From the NCBI RefSeq assembly GCF_009914755.1, contig NC_060938.1: DNA of 64,000 nt; one strand, given 5' to 3'. Of the stretch, positions 1 to 14,649 are shown one piece after another. The notes under the pieces were generated by a model. That model was not told the origin of the DNA. It worked only from the letters and a program-made list of their open reading frames with translations, and searched no databases. Positions within the stretch are counted from its first letter, which is position 1. Each line of letters opens with the position of its first letter. The DNA comes from the human T2T-CHM13v2.0 reference genome, Homo sapiens. Position numbers and translations under genes: made by a program.

Positions 1-903
1 TTTATTTTTACTTTTTCATAATTATTTTGTTAATAATTTTCTCAAAAGACAATTTTGTTTTATTTTGAATTGTCTTATGTAGCCTCTTTAGAGCTGGACA
101 TTTATCTGGACATGTAATCACAATATTAATCCTCTTCTGGTTGATGCATATTTCAGTTAGTAATTGGCTAAGTAAAGAATTGTATTCTGGTCTGTTATTG
201 CTATAACTGAATGACTATAATATTGCTAATGGGCCAACAGGTGGGCCTTGTCTATGTCTATGCCTATGTTCAAGTAGAATATAAAAATTATTGGGTATGA
301 TTATGACCTTTCTTGTTAAAACAAATACCTTCCATGGTCATTCTAGAAACAAGAGGAAGAGAAAAGTACTTGCAATGAAAAAGTAAAAGAAACACATCTC
401 TTTATCAAAAATGTTAACCACTATTACCTCTTAGCCAAAAAGAAAAAGAACTATAATAAAAATATATAAATAAAATAAACTTTCAGAGCAAACAAATAAA
501 AACATCTTCCATGTAGTCATGTTCTTTAGACTGAGGTAGCAGTGTTGAAAAGGGTAAAGCTATTTTAAGTCATGCATTTGGAGGAGCAATGAATCAATGG
601 ATGTTTTAACATTTTCCATTAGGAGACTGACATTGTAAACTTTTTTCTGTGTCAAGGTGGTATATGTCCTCTTAGTTTGGAGGCTGTGTGTTATTTCAAA
701 GATTCTTGTGTTTTGGGTATAGCTGGATATAGTTTTGATTTCTCATATTTTTGTTTTTTCTTAGCATTAGTCAGCCAACAACTATCTGCAAAGAACCCCC
801 CTCTAGATGTAGAAATGTGCTAGATCTTGAAGAGATCAGAAAAAGATTATTTCTGTTTTAGCTCCTACTATCTTGAAGCTTATCATTGGTTGGAGACAAA
901 CAG

Positions 904-904
<1 letters not shown>

Positions 905-936
<32 letters not shown>
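905..936. repeat. (TG)16 microsatellite
   Basis: Read directly; abuts an Alu poly(T) tail. Confidence 0.97.
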
Positions 937-940
<4 letters not shown>

Positions 941-941
<1 letters not shown>

Positions 942-1228
942 TTTTTTTTTTTTGAGACAGCATCTCACTCTGTCACCCAAGCTGGAGTGCAGGGGTGCAA
1001 TCTCTGCTCACTGCAACTTCTGTCCGGCACCACCCCCACCCCCACTTCAGCCTCCTAAGTAGCTGGGAATACAGATGCAGGCCACCACACCTGGCTATGT
1101 TTTGTATTCTTGGTAAAGATGGGGTTTCACCATGTTGCCCAGGGTCTCAAACTCCTGAGCTCAAATGATTTGCCTGTCTTGGCCTCCCAAAGCACTGGGA
1201 TTACAGGCATGAGTCACTGTGACTGGCC
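941..1228 (-). mobile_element. Alu SINE (old, AluJ-like)
   Basis: Poly(T), then TGAGACAG..CTCACTCTGTCACCCA..GCCTCCCAAAGCACTGGGATTACAGGCATGAG..GGCC. Heavily diverged. TSD ACAGATGTGT. Confidence 0.93.
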
Positions 1229-1649
1229 ACAGATGTGTCTTGACATTCTGTTTGTGTATTGTATGCCTTAACACTACTCCCTTACACAAAAAATATCTCC
1301 AGTCAAGATAGTTGTCTCTCTTGATTTTTCTTCTCTTAGATGGGGTATAGGCTAAGCTACTGAAAGAAAGAGACCTGGAGACACAGGGGCTTGAACCTGA
1401 GAGAAGTGTATTTCCCTCACACACAACAGTCCAGAGGAAAGAGTTATAGGCTGCAGTAGTGGCTCTGTTCCACAAAATGATTTGGGGTTAGGTTCTTTTC
1501 ATCTTGTGCTTTTACTGTCCTCTTGAGTGTTTTTATTGTTATGACCAAAGACTGGTTGATGTTACATGTGTTCTTTCAGCCTTCAGAAAGTAGAGATTAA
1601 GCCTATGATATGTAATTTCATTTTATATAAGTGTGATTGACATAACAAT

Positions 1650-1988
1650 ATTTACCAATATCCAGTTATTTTCTATTTATGGCCACACAGAGGATTACAC
1701 TTATACATTCTTTGTAGTTAGGCATGGTCACATGGCTAATTTTGGGACAATGTGGCATGAGTCACTGCCTTGCTGAAGTTTTAATTGCTAGTGCTTCACT
1801 CTCCAGCCACAAAAACCTATGTTGATGTGGAGGTGATACAAGATAGAAACCTGCAGGAATCCTGAGTCAACACATGGAAGATGGCTGCCCAAGAGAGTCA
1901 TCTGGGCTTGCAACAAATTTCTGTAAGTAAGAAAAAAAACTTTTGTTGTTTATTCTGAAATATAACCTATCCTAATCTGGCTATTACA
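1650..1988 (+). mobile_element. MaLR LTR (old MLT1-like)
   Basis: GTAGTTAGGCATGGTCACATGGCTAA...ACTTTTGTTG...CCTATCCTAA..ATTACA resembles an MLT1 LTR. Confidence 0.55.
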
Positions 1989-4900
1989 ACAGACGATGTG
2001 AAAATTGTACACATAATTTCTGCCCATGTTTTATTGCTGAGAACACAGTCACATGGATACACCTGGTTCAAGGGCTAGCTAGGCTGTTTATACTGCATTA
2101 CTATGGAAACAGAGGACATCAGATGGTGGGGGTGTTGGGGGCATTAGTAGTCTGCCTTATTTCCTTGTTCAGTGTTACACTTGCTTGCAATAGCCTCCAC
2201 CCACTTCTCAGTCTGTGCACATCCCACTCATCCACCAAAGCAAAGCCTTCTGCAGACTTTCTTCTTAGAGAAGTTGACTCTTTAATTTCTCTAAGTTCTG
2301 ATTGCTCAGTATTCATAATATTTTGTTATGGGATTCATTCAAAAAGGTTATGGAATACCTACTCATCTTCAGGCATTGTGTGACACTGGGTATATGATGG
2401 CGACATAATTCCTAACTTCCAGAGTTTGCATCTTTCAACTTGCCTAGCACAAGTCCCTATCCAAATTACACAGTAAATAAATACTCCTTAATTGAACTAT
2501 AAATAAGTCAGTAATGTATCAGCAGGTAATTAAACATTAAGGGACAGAACGCTACTGGCAGATAAGAGAAGGGAGAAAATCCTGTAGTAGATTACAGGAG
2601 GCATGAGGGCAGTGATCATGTCTGTCTCAGATCCTGTCTTAAGTCCAGTGCTGATCATTGGATCTGGCACAAAGTGGGAGCTTAATACATCTCTTTTTTT
2701 GGCTGAGGAAGGTCAGATTAGCTGAGAAAGGCCTCATGAAGGATTTGAATGGGCAGGACAGGAAGGAGGATTTTCTAGCATGGAGAACTGTGAGGCAGGG
2801 GGCCTGATGGGTGATGGTGGGTCTTGAAGAATCTTAGGACGTAAGGTTTGACAAGCATGTAGGGTGGGACCAGATATCAGGAAGACACTCATGGATTTTT
2901 GCATCTTCATGTGCTACAAAATGGAAGCATAACCTTTAAAATTTTTTTAATGAGCTCTAGAAAGACTAAACTGTTTTGTTAAATGGATTTGAATATAAAT
3001 ATTAATATTAGAGTCAAAAGAGGACTAAGGGAACACTATAACAATGAAAGCTTAGACTGGGATGGTGATAGAGTACCTGGATGGAAAAGGGCAAATCTCA
3101 TGGACATTTCAAAGGAAGGATAAATAGGAATTGGCTACATAGAATATAAGGATTAAGGAGAAAAGATGGTTTGAAAAGAGCAATTGTGGATTTCAGCCTG
3201 GAATTCCGGAATGAGAGTTACACCAATAAGGAGATTAATGTATTTTACAGAAGGAACATGAAATGAGTTTAATCTGAAACATGTATTTGCTATGGCAGGG
3301 GGATATCTTTGTGGGGATGTTGAGCAGGCAACTGAGGCCTGGAGAGCAGGTGTCAGTAATGAGGATGTCTTGGAAACCACATTCCGTGGGCATGCAGACC
3401 TAAACAGACCTTGGCTCGGCTTTAATGTTTTCCGGCATGTGTGAAGGTAAACATGACCAATCCTCAGTACAACTGTCAATTGCCTTGCCCTCTCATGGAC
3501 TCTCCCCTTATTGGTGGAGTTCCTGGCCCATATGTACATGCCAGGGAAGAGGAAGATGCCAGATTATCTGGAGGAAGGGTAGAGTGGATGATGGCTGGAG
3601 AGAGGGAGAATGGTAGAAGGAATGCATCCCAGAAAAAAATGTCATGCCTAGGAAGCACAGAGCCCTAGAGCAGAAGCACACAGGCAACTTCTGTAGAGCT
3701 ACAGAAGTGAAAGATGTACATATATGTGTATACATGTGTGTAGGCACAGTCAAATGCATATGTATTTATAAAAGAGCAGCAAATGTGTCTCCCTCACCAA
3801 CCCTGTCCCTCAGCTATGTTTCAAACCACCTACCTATTCCTTCATTCATTCAATAAGGACTTACTGAGTTCCATTTATGTGCCAGACAGTGGAATGTGGA
3901 AAAGGCGCACACAGACATAGTCTCTGCCCTCACAATACCTATATACTAAAGAACCCATATATAGGTGATGAATACATACAAACTAATTTGCTAAAACTGT
4001 GGTAAGTGTGAAGGAGAGAACTATGTGCTCTTGGTTTTATCAATCTTGCCTCCTCAAGGTAAGAGTTTAAGTAGAGTTTTGTGGAAGCAACATGTATTTT
4101 GGGTCAGTTGATACTTTGAAAACTGGTCATTTAAGAAAATACTAAACTGACGGCTTGGAGAGGAGGGCCTGACCTTGGGTGCTTAAAGCTATTCCCACTC
4201 CATCTACCACCCACAATCCCGGCACCTCATTCAAAAGGCAGTCTCAATGAGAGTAGAGCCTTTTACCTGCAGCTTCAGAGGCCTAGAAATATCTGTACAG
4301 ACTTCTTCTCAGTTACTTCCAATTGTAATGGATTAGTCTGTCTCTGAGTTCAAGAAATAAGGGAAGTAAGGCTGGTGGAAAAATAATACAAATGGGATGT
4401 CCAGAAGATAATGGTAATAGTGGAGGTTTGGGGTGAGGTTACAGGATGATAGATGTGTAGATTATTTTAAATTTAATTTGTATTTCCTTTTTTTTTTTAA
4501 CCCATTGGGTCACAGATTCATTGGGTAGTAGAGTCAGGATTTTTGTCATTGGCTGGAACCACTAGAATTATAGTTCCACAGACCTTGAGTAGAGAAGCCA
4601 GTATTCCAGGGAACCTCTGACCTCCTCAAGTTACAGCTGTAGAGCTGTTGGATAGGTTCTACTAGAATACAGCTTTGTCCATGAGGACACAGACCATTGC
4701 CATCTGTCCTTCAGCTCCCTGCTAGACTTAGATTTGCCCCCATGAGTACTCCCCCAAACAATGGCACCTCAGCTAACTCAAATTTTCATTCCAGAATTCC
4801 TGCGGCTTTGAGCCATCAGGACATCTGACACTGGTCTTCAGAGGGGAGGACGTGTAGCAGCGTGGGTGGAAGAGGTGGTGTTAGAAGATATTGGGAGAAA

Positions 4901-6049
4901 CAGATTCCATCTGCATGTCTTATTTATGGATGCCTTTGTAAGAAAAGAGATGGTCTGGGGAGAAAAAGTGTCTCAGTTCTTAACCATGTGGGAGGGTAGA
5001 TGTGGGTGAGCGGAAAGTTAGACTTTCAGGAATACAGATCAGAAAACTTTGTTTCATAATTTTCTGAGTTAATATGTATATACCATAAAGTGAAAAATTA
5101 TATAATGTGGCTATGATACCTTTTAGTAATAATGCATAATACAGTTACTGAATTATGTTTAAGGATTTGAAATTGTTGAAACTTGGATTTTCAGTAAAAA
5201 ATTAATAGCCACTTAAACTATTTGTTGTCTATATAACTTATTTAGGAAACATCTGTTGATAGCTTGCAATATGAAAGCAATTTGTTTTTCACAAAATGTG
5301 TAAGGCATAGCCCTTGACTTAAACAACATGGCATGTGGTAGAGAGATTCAAATAAAGTGATAAGGGATTTCCGAGGATTGGTTTGGGTTTATGGTAACTG
5401 GGGAAGATATCTTGGAAGAGGTAGCATTTAAACTGAGATATGCAGCATGGACACATTTTAGCATTCAAGCAGGTAATGACTGGCATCCCAGGTAGAAAGA
5501 ATGTGGATTAAAATCATGAAGCTACAATAAAGCAAAGGAGTGGGTAATTTAGTCTGGCAAAAGCACAGGGTGTAATATGAGAGAAGTGTGGACTAACCTG
5601 ATAAGGTCTTGAAGGGCCTTGAGCCAGCCTAAAGAGCATGAACTTCATGTAATGAGGAGGCCTGGGAACCTTTTGAGCAGCAGAGCTGAATGGTAGAGTG
5701 GTATATTAGGAAGGTAAATCTCATAGCAGGCTGGGGTAGATCACCGGAAGAGATGAAGTGCAAATGGAAAAAGCAAGGTAATGAGATTTCTCTTTGTGCT
5801 GGTGTTTTGGCATAACAGACTTAATGGATGTATAACTCAAAGGAAAGATCAGTGCAAAGATAAAAACTGAAGGTAAAAATAAGACTAAGTTATTTTTAAG
5901 GAATTAAAACTGTTGAAACTTTAGTCTCGAACAATGGAGGGAAGTGTCAAGACCATAAATGGAAGCGTTAGCCAACCCTCCCACACCTACTCTAAGACCT
6001 GAAATAGAAGAAAAAGAAACAAATTAAAGTATACTTCAAAATTACTCAA

Positions 6050-6220
6050 AGAGTATATTTAAACATTCCCAACATTCTCATCACAAAAAAATAAGTAGGT
6101 GAGGTGATGGGTATGTTAATTGGCTTGATTTAATCTTTCTGCAACATACATATATCAAAATATCACATTGTACCCCATAAATATATACGATTATTTTTGG
6201 TCAATTAAAAATAAAATTAG
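6050..6220 (+). mobile_element. L1MA-like 3' end fragment
   Basis: GTGAGGTGATGGGTATGTTAATTGGCTTGATTTAATC...ATCACATTGTACCCCATAAATATATAC..AATTAAAAATAAA. Confidence 0.8.
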
Positions 6221-7899
6221 TTAACCAATTAATTTTTTAAAAGGTGTCATGGGAGGTTCTAATGAAGGTGCTAAGGTCTGAGATAGAGAATTTCCTAGCA
6301 CAGGCCTGTATCTCCTTATTCACCTGCCAAATATAACCGAAGCATAAATAAAAAGTTTTAATTCTGACTTGGCTTTCACAGAAACCTGAAAAGTTCAGTC
6401 AAATGTGACTCAGCTTGAAGAACATAGAAATTTTACTCCCTATAAAACTCTTTGGTTTCCTACTGTTTCAAGGAGGAGGACTTCTTGTTAAAATGAGGAA
6501 CCTTACTGATCTGCCTATGATAACAATCTCAATAATTCTGTAGGACCCATCTTGAGAACTGCTGTAGATACTGCAGCTATTCCTCCCCCAGTTTCACAGG
6601 GATTTTGTGAGGCTAAATAAAGCAAGATAGCAAACGTAAAATATTTTCTCTATAAAAAGTTGTTATGCAGATATTATAGGCCTATAAAAAAGTGCAATGT
6701 GATTATTGCAACATATCAGAATAACCTGTGATTGTTTTCTGTTCTTTATTATTTATATTCAACCATCTTAGAAAAAGAATGTAAAGCAGTTTTATTGGCT
6801 TATCATTTTTAGGAGTGTCCTATATATGTTGATGAGGAGATTAGTGGGGAAAAAAATACTTTAAGCCAAGCAGGGTGTATGGGTAATAATGGTATCTGCC
6901 AAAATGACACCCTTAACATTGTTGATATATAAACAATTACAGCACTGGAGGGTAGACCATTTGGGGCTTGTCCAGGGAATAAACTATAGTTACTGCCTTC
7001 TATGGCACAGTAATTCCAGGAGAATTTACCTACTGAGCTGGATCATTCTGAGGACATACTTATACTCCGGGCTGTAAGAAGGAAGCTTTCTGGCCACATG
7101 TAAGTATCCATTTAGTACCCTTTAGTTCAATACTATATGGACCCAGTTCTGTCATTGGAAAGAGGGGGAAATGTGGGAATTGAGTAGAGATCTCTTTTCC
7201 AAATAATAATGAGAATCACTGCCAGCTCCCATCCATCTCATATCACATAACTGGTTAGTTAGTAACTAACTAACCAAAAGTATGTGTTGGTTAGGAATAT
7301 TGCCTGCCATCCCTGGATACATTTAAAGGCTTTTCACTTTTTCAGAGTTGTGGACCAGTAGACTTGTTTTCTCATGCTCAGGACTCAGGACTCTTAAATT
7401 GTGTTCACATTAATAAGATTTCCTAAAACCTTGAGTGGGTGTGGTCTGAGTGATTTGTAAATATCATGATACGGGCATTTCATAGTTTTTATCTTCAATC
7501 TGCTACTAAGATTGTTGATAAGTGCTTACACTACTCCAGGATACTGTAATAAGTCTCTATATTCATTTTTTCATAATATTCTTATGAGGCAGTTAACATT
7601 ACCTCTATTGTACAGACAAAATATATGTGATATTTTCTAAACAAACCACTAATAATACCTAAATATATACAAATAGAAATGTCTTTATTCTTCAGTAAGA
7701 GAAGTCTGTTTTTGAGTTTTATTTCTGATGACAGAAAGCTAATCTTGCCACAAGGTAAACTCAGCTCCTTCTTATTTTTCTTAGTGCTGCCTGGTTGACT
7801 ATTCACCATAAAATTCTCTCCCTCTTAGTTTTTCTCTTACCCATAGGAATGACCTATGTCTCAGGAAGTTTCCATCTTGCCCTGGCATTGGGGGATAGA

Positions 7900-9245
7900 T
7901 GAACTACTAGAAGAAAACACTGGGAAAATGCCATAGGACACGAGTTTGGGCAAAGATTTTTGGGGTAAGACCTCAAAAGCACAGGCAATGAAAGCAAAAA
8001 TTGACAAATGGGATTATATCAAGCTAAAAAGCTTCTGCACAGCAAAGGCAACAATTAATATAGTGAAGAGACAACTTGCAGAATGGGAGAAAATATCTGT
8101 AAACTTTCCATCTGACAGGAGATTAATATGTTAAATATTGTTCCAAAATGTATAAGAAACCCAAACAGCTCAATAGCAAAAAACAACAAATAATCTAATT
8201 TAAAAATGGGCAAAACACCTAAATAGACATTTCTCAAAAGAAGGCATACAAATGACTAACAGGTATATAATAAAATGTTCAACATCACTAATAATCAGTG
8301 AAAGGTAATTCAAAACCACAGTGCAATATCATACCACCCTAGTTAGACTGGCTGTTATCACAATGACAAACAATAACAAATGCTGGTAAAGGGGTGGAGG
8401 AAAGGGAACATTTATACATTGTTGGCAGGAATGGAAATTGGTACAGCCACTATGGAAAACAGTATAGAGGTTCTTTTAAACACTAAAAATAGAACTACCA
8501 TGTAATCCAGCAATCCCACTGCTGGGTATGCATCCAAACGAAAGAAAATTAGTACATTGAAGAGATATCTGCATTTTCATGTTTATTGCAGCACTATTCA
8601 TAACAGCCTAGATATGAAATCACTTATACTTGATATAAGTGGAATTATACAGCATTTGTTCTTTTGTTACTGGCTTATTTCACTTAGCATAATCTCAAAA
8701 TGATGATAGGTGTCTATCAATGGATGAATGGATAAAGAAAATGTGGTACAAATTCACAATGGAATAGAATTCAGGCATAGAAAGAATGCAATGCTGTCAT
8801 TTGCAGCAACATGGATGAGACTGGAGGTCATTATGTTAAGTGAAGTAAGCCAGGCGCAGAAACACAAATATCACATGTTCTCACTCATATGTGAGAGCTA
8901 AAAAAAAGTGTATCTCATGAAGGTAGAGAGTGGAATGGTGGTTACCAGAGGCTAAGAAGGGAAAGGAGAAGAGTGGGATGAAGAGAAGTTGATTAATGGG
9001 TACCAAAATCTAGATAGAAGGAATGAGTTCTAGTATTTGATATTATAGTAGGGAAATTATAGTTAATAATAATAATTTATCATATATTTCAAAATTGCTA
9101 GAAGAGAAGAATTGTAATGTTCCCAACACAAATAAAAGATAAATGTTTGAGGTGATGAATATCCCAGTTACCCCGATTTAATAACTACACATAGCATACA
9201 TGTATCAAAATATTACATATACACTTAAAGTATGTACAACTCTGA
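7900..9245 (+). mobile_element. L1MA-like LINE-1, 5'-truncated (end of ORF2 plus 3'UTR)
   Basis: ORF 7946..8134 ([19 protein letters not shown]) is L1 ORF2p C-terminal sequence; L1MA-type 3'UTR follows. Confidence 0.9.
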
Positions 9246-10299
9246 TGATTTTCTAATCATGCATTAATAATCACTCAGTTTGGCTGAGGAGACATGCCAG
9301 TAATTTCCTATAAAATATTTAACACTAAGCAGCATAACCTTACAAGGTGTCCTCCAATGTAAATGAGCTGCTAAATATATCTCTAGGTAACTAAAAGAAC
9401 TTGACCTATAAGTGAAGATATTTCATCAAATCAGTTATATTTTTGCAAATATCTGCCAAAACGAGATTTTACTTTTAACTTAATATTGATGATTTTTTCC
9501 TTTTTGGCAATAAATAGGTATTGGAATCAATTAATTTTTAGAAACCTCTAAATAGTTAACCTACATAGTAAGACACATTCTTTCTATTGCATTTAAGGTG
9601 GCATAAGAACCTGTATTCAATCCTTCTAAATAATCATTAGAAATCTGAGATATAGGTTAAGAAGCAGGGTGATTAAAACACACACACACACACATACACA
9701 AAACCTCCTACATGCCAGACACTGAGGTGATACGATGTGTGACCATTAGATCCTATCCTAGAGTCAGGACTTCGGAAACACCTTTCGGGTAAAATGATAT
9801 TCAATCTTATACCTGAAAAATAATGGCGGTTTTCCAGATGAAGTGAAGGGAACAGGTTGTTTTAGATAGTTTTTTTTTTTAAAGACAGTTTTTAAAAAGT
9901 ACATGGATATGTGTAGATGGGTAAGCATAAATTGTGATAAGAATTCAATATCTCTTCATCTTCCCTTCCTTCCCCTTTTGAAACAATTTAGCCAAAACGT
10001 CATTAAGTGGGGCTAAGCAGGGTCAGTGTCCATGCCAGTAGAATGGGGAGGCATCGTGCTCAAGAGCAAAATGTTAGAGTCTGAGTGGTGTAAAGAGAAT
10101 GGACCAGATGGTGGCCCAGTTTAGTGTCTGAGCCCAAGCAGGAAGAAGAGAACTTTCACAAAGGCAGGGCTGCTGGTAACAGGCGGCTGTTTGGGATCAG
10201 AACCCAAGTGGCTTGAAGAGGATATCTTCAAGGGATGCCAGCCAAGAGCAGAGTAACAGAGACCAAGTGGGATGAGAAGACCGAACCCTATGGTGTTAG

Positions 10300-11205
10300 A
10301 CTGGAATTAGAGATATTGGTGTGAGTTATGGTTTTCAATACAAATGGAAGTATAAATAGATAAGATAGATTTAGGAAAAATGTAGGTATAAACACGTGTA
10401 TATGTGTGTGTATATTTTAGGTTTATGTATATTTATGCATACACATACACACATAAACACAAACATACATTTCCTAACGCTCTTTTTTGAGAAGACACCT
10501 AGTAACAACAATAACTTAAAAGCAATGAGTATATCTAGTACATAGATCATGTTTTCTGATGACCATTTTTCCTTAAAATTAACTGAAGCTTCTTGGACTT
10601 GAGCAGAGGAAGTACAAAATGAGTCTGGGCTATTTTCTTGTACCAGAAAGCAAAGAACTATCCAAGAAGGTCGGGAGCCTGTCAGAAGGGCATAGGAGAC
10701 AACCTGAAGGGGATCACACTGCCTAAATCTGAGATAATTTAAATATCAAAGTAAATGACGATAGTAACTTTTTGAATAAAATAGAAGTTCATAAATATAT
10801 ACTGATATAAATAAGATATTGAAAGTTTCATGAGGAACTGTATATTTACACAGTCTCAAATTACCTCCCCACAAAACACTTATTAATTATGAAGGAAGAA
10901 TTTATAGTTAAGAAGTCTGGCAAACACCACCTTAATTGAATGATCAAAGTTGACATCACAAATAATGTGACAATTTGAAATCATATACCAACTGCTAAGA
11001 ATCAAAAGCAAGGGAAACAAAGGATCACTTCTATAATATTCCATCCAAAGATGCACAACCTGGATGAAAAACAAACCCTAATTAAGAACATGCTACAAAG
11101 TAAATCTATCCAATAATCTCAAAAACTGCTGATGTCACTGAAGTCAAGGAATGACTGGGGAATTCTTCTAGACTGAAGAAGACTGCAAAGACATCTAAAT
11201 GCAAC
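10300..11205 (+). mobile_element. L1MC-like 3' region (degenerate)
   Basis: TCTGGCAAACACCACCTTAA..TGATCAAAGTTGACATCAC, TCTAGACTGAAGAAGACT..AAATGCAAC motifs. Confidence 0.6.
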
Positions 11206-11811
11206 ACATGGGTGGTACTTCCAGATGGCAAAGTGAGTTTCTCTGAAAAATCTGCTCCTTCTTAAAAGCAGCGAGGAACGTGGAAAACATTGTCAAAATC
11301 ATATCCTTCGGTACTCTTAAAATTAACCAAAAATCTGCAATAGCCCAAAAAGTGTTTATTCAAGAAAAATAGCTAAATCTTGGTAAGAATAGTGAGCTTT
11401 ATGGCATTTTAACTTGGCCTAGTTTCATCTTCCATTGCCCAGCTCTGCAGAAGCCTTAAAAAGCAGCAGCATTGCAAACATAGTAGCTGTGAAGACCATC
11501 ATCCTAGCAGCCACTAGGAGGGGCAGAACAGGTTTGGAGCTTCAATAGAGCCCCATCCACACAGAATTATCACTATTTGACCTGTCACTCAGCTTCATGG
11601 AAAAGCCCCATTCACAGGAATTATTATTTGACATGATTCAGAGTTCACTCAGTGGGAAAAGTCCTATTTCTAGAGTAGTTGTTCAAAACATTAAGTGGCA
11701 ATTAATTAACATAGCAGCTTCTCAAAGGAGGAAAAACATAGGACTATAGCTTGAGATAGAAGATATGGATTTGAGAAGCACAATATAAGAAGAAAAATAC
11801 TATGGAATGCT

Positions 11812-12289
11812 TGTTGTGGATTGCACTGTGTCCTCCAGAAACACGTTTACATTAGCCCCTGGTACCTGTGAATGTGACCTTATTTGAAAATAAGGTCTTT
11901 GCAGATATAATCAAATTAAAATAGTATTACTGGCTTAAAGTAGGCCTTAAATCCAGTTACTGGTGTCCTTATAAGGAAAGGGAAATTTGGACATAGACAT
12001 ACAGAAGAGACACACACAGAGAAGTAAGAAGGCTATGTGACAACAGAGGTAGAGATTGGAGTGATGCAGCCGCAAGCCGGGGAACACCAAGGATTGCTGT
12101 CAATCACGAGATGCTAGGAAGAAGCAATGATTCTTTCTTAGAGACATGACAGGAAACATGGTCTTGTCAACAACTTGAGTTCAAATTGCTAACCTCCAGA
12201 GCTGTGAAAGAATAAATTTCTATTATTTGAAGCAGAATTAAAGCAACAGTATGTGGCAATTTGTTAGAGCAGCCACAGGAAACTAATAG
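11812..12289 (+). mobile_element. MaLR LTR (MLT1B/C-like)
   Basis: TGTGAATGTGACCTTATTTGAAAATAAGGTCTTTGCAGAT...GAATAAATTTCT...GCAGCCACAGGAAACTAATA. Confidence 0.88.
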
Positions 12290-12628
12290 AAGTTGTGATG
12301 CCAATTACGGCAAAGAAGAAGCTGGACAAAAACTGAAAAGGAAGATATGGAGAAAGAGTTGTCTATAAGGGCCTTTATAAAGCTCCAATGTATTCCTGGG
12401 AATCTAGGAAAGTATATGATTGTGTAAGGCTGTGTACTACCCAGGAAAGATCTGAGAAGGCTCTTAATTTCTTCCCTCTGAGTGACACTGAGGCCCTGCA
12501 AAAGCACTAAGTGAAGTCCAAGGCAGAACTGTAAACTGAGAACTGAAGGCCTGCTCTGACACCAAGCAGTGCCCTTCCACAAACGAATGAAAATTTATTG
12601 GCCTGATCGTTAAAAAAATCTATTTCAT

Positions 12629-12914
<286 letters not shown>

Positions 12915-13573
12915 TCATTTGCTGAACACTAAGCTAACTGAACAGGGTTAGAAGTTAGCTCAGTGGCCACATATGCCAGAGAATATAGACTTTTTAGAAC
13001 CAATCAAGGAAAGTAACTGAATGAACAGCAGCAACAACAACAAACTGTGTTGTGGCTGTCAGAAAATAGATTGAGAGAGCTGCCACATTATATTATTTAA
13101 AACATCTAGTTTTCAATGAAAAGTTATGAGTCACACAAAGAAAGAGAAAAGCAGTCACAGAAAAGAAGCTTAAATAGCAAGTGGAAAAACAATTCAAGAT
13201 GTAAAGGGGATCCTTAATAAAATGAACAGCTGACTTCTATCAGAAACTATGAAGTTCAGGAGGCAGTAAAATGACATAAGCAAAGTGTTAAAAGGAAAAG
13301 ACTCTTAAGCCAAAATTCTACATCTAGCCAAATTATTCTTTAAAAATAGAAGAAGAATTTAGGGCATTCTCAGTTAAACAAAATCAGATAATTTGTCACT
13401 AGCAGATATACCCTACAAAAGAAAACATTAAAGAGAGTCCTTCGTGATAATATGAAAGGACACTAACCAATAACAAATCCACACAAAGAAATAGAGCACT
13501 GGTAAAGGTAACTACAAAATACAGTATAAATTTAGTTTTTGCTTGTAACTTTTTTATTCTCTTACCTAATTTA

Positions 13574-13872
<299 letters not shown>

Positions 13873-14649
13873 ACTGCATGAAGCAATAATTATAAAATTG
13901 TTATAGTGTAAAGATATAATCTGACTAACAGGAATAGCACAAAGGAGGAGGAAAAGAATATAGCCACATTGGAGCAAAATTTTGTAAACTATTAAAATTA
14001 AGTTGATCTTCATCCTAATTATATAGTTTTTAAGTTAAGATATTAATTGTAATCCTCAGGGTAATTACTTGGAAAAGAACTTTACAAAAGGAAAAGAGAC
14101 AATATGAGAATTAAAATGGTAATTTTAGAAATATTTACTTGATACAAAATAAAACAATAATAAAGAAATAAAAGAACAAAAAAGACATAAGACATGTGGA
14201 AAACAAACAGAAAACAGTAGGTGTAAATCCTCTCTTAGTGGTAATTATATTAAACACACATGTACGAAACACTTCAATCAGAAGGCAGATACTGAACAAT
14301 GGATTATTAAAAAATGGTCAAAATATGAGCTGCCTAAAAGAGACACAATTTAGATTCAAAAGCTTAAGTGGTTGAAAGCTAAAGGATGTAAAAAGCCCAT
14401 ACCAAGCATAAAGACAGCCATAAGACAACTAATACCATACAAAATAGATTTTAAACAAGATCTCTCACTAAAGATAAAGACGGACATTTTATAACGATAA
14501 AAGGGCTCATCTGTCTGGAAATATAATAAACGTACAAGCACATGACAACAGAGCCCCCAAAATACATGAAACAAAACCTGGCAGAATTGACAGGAGAAAT
14601 AGACAACCTAATAATAACAGAGACTTCAATAGGCCCCTTAAATAATGAA

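Noticed and set aside
3153-3856. Cluster of overlapping 60-128 aa ORFs
   Set aside because: No domain similarity or exon structure; lies in decayed L2-like or unique DNA, and the lengths are consistent with chance.
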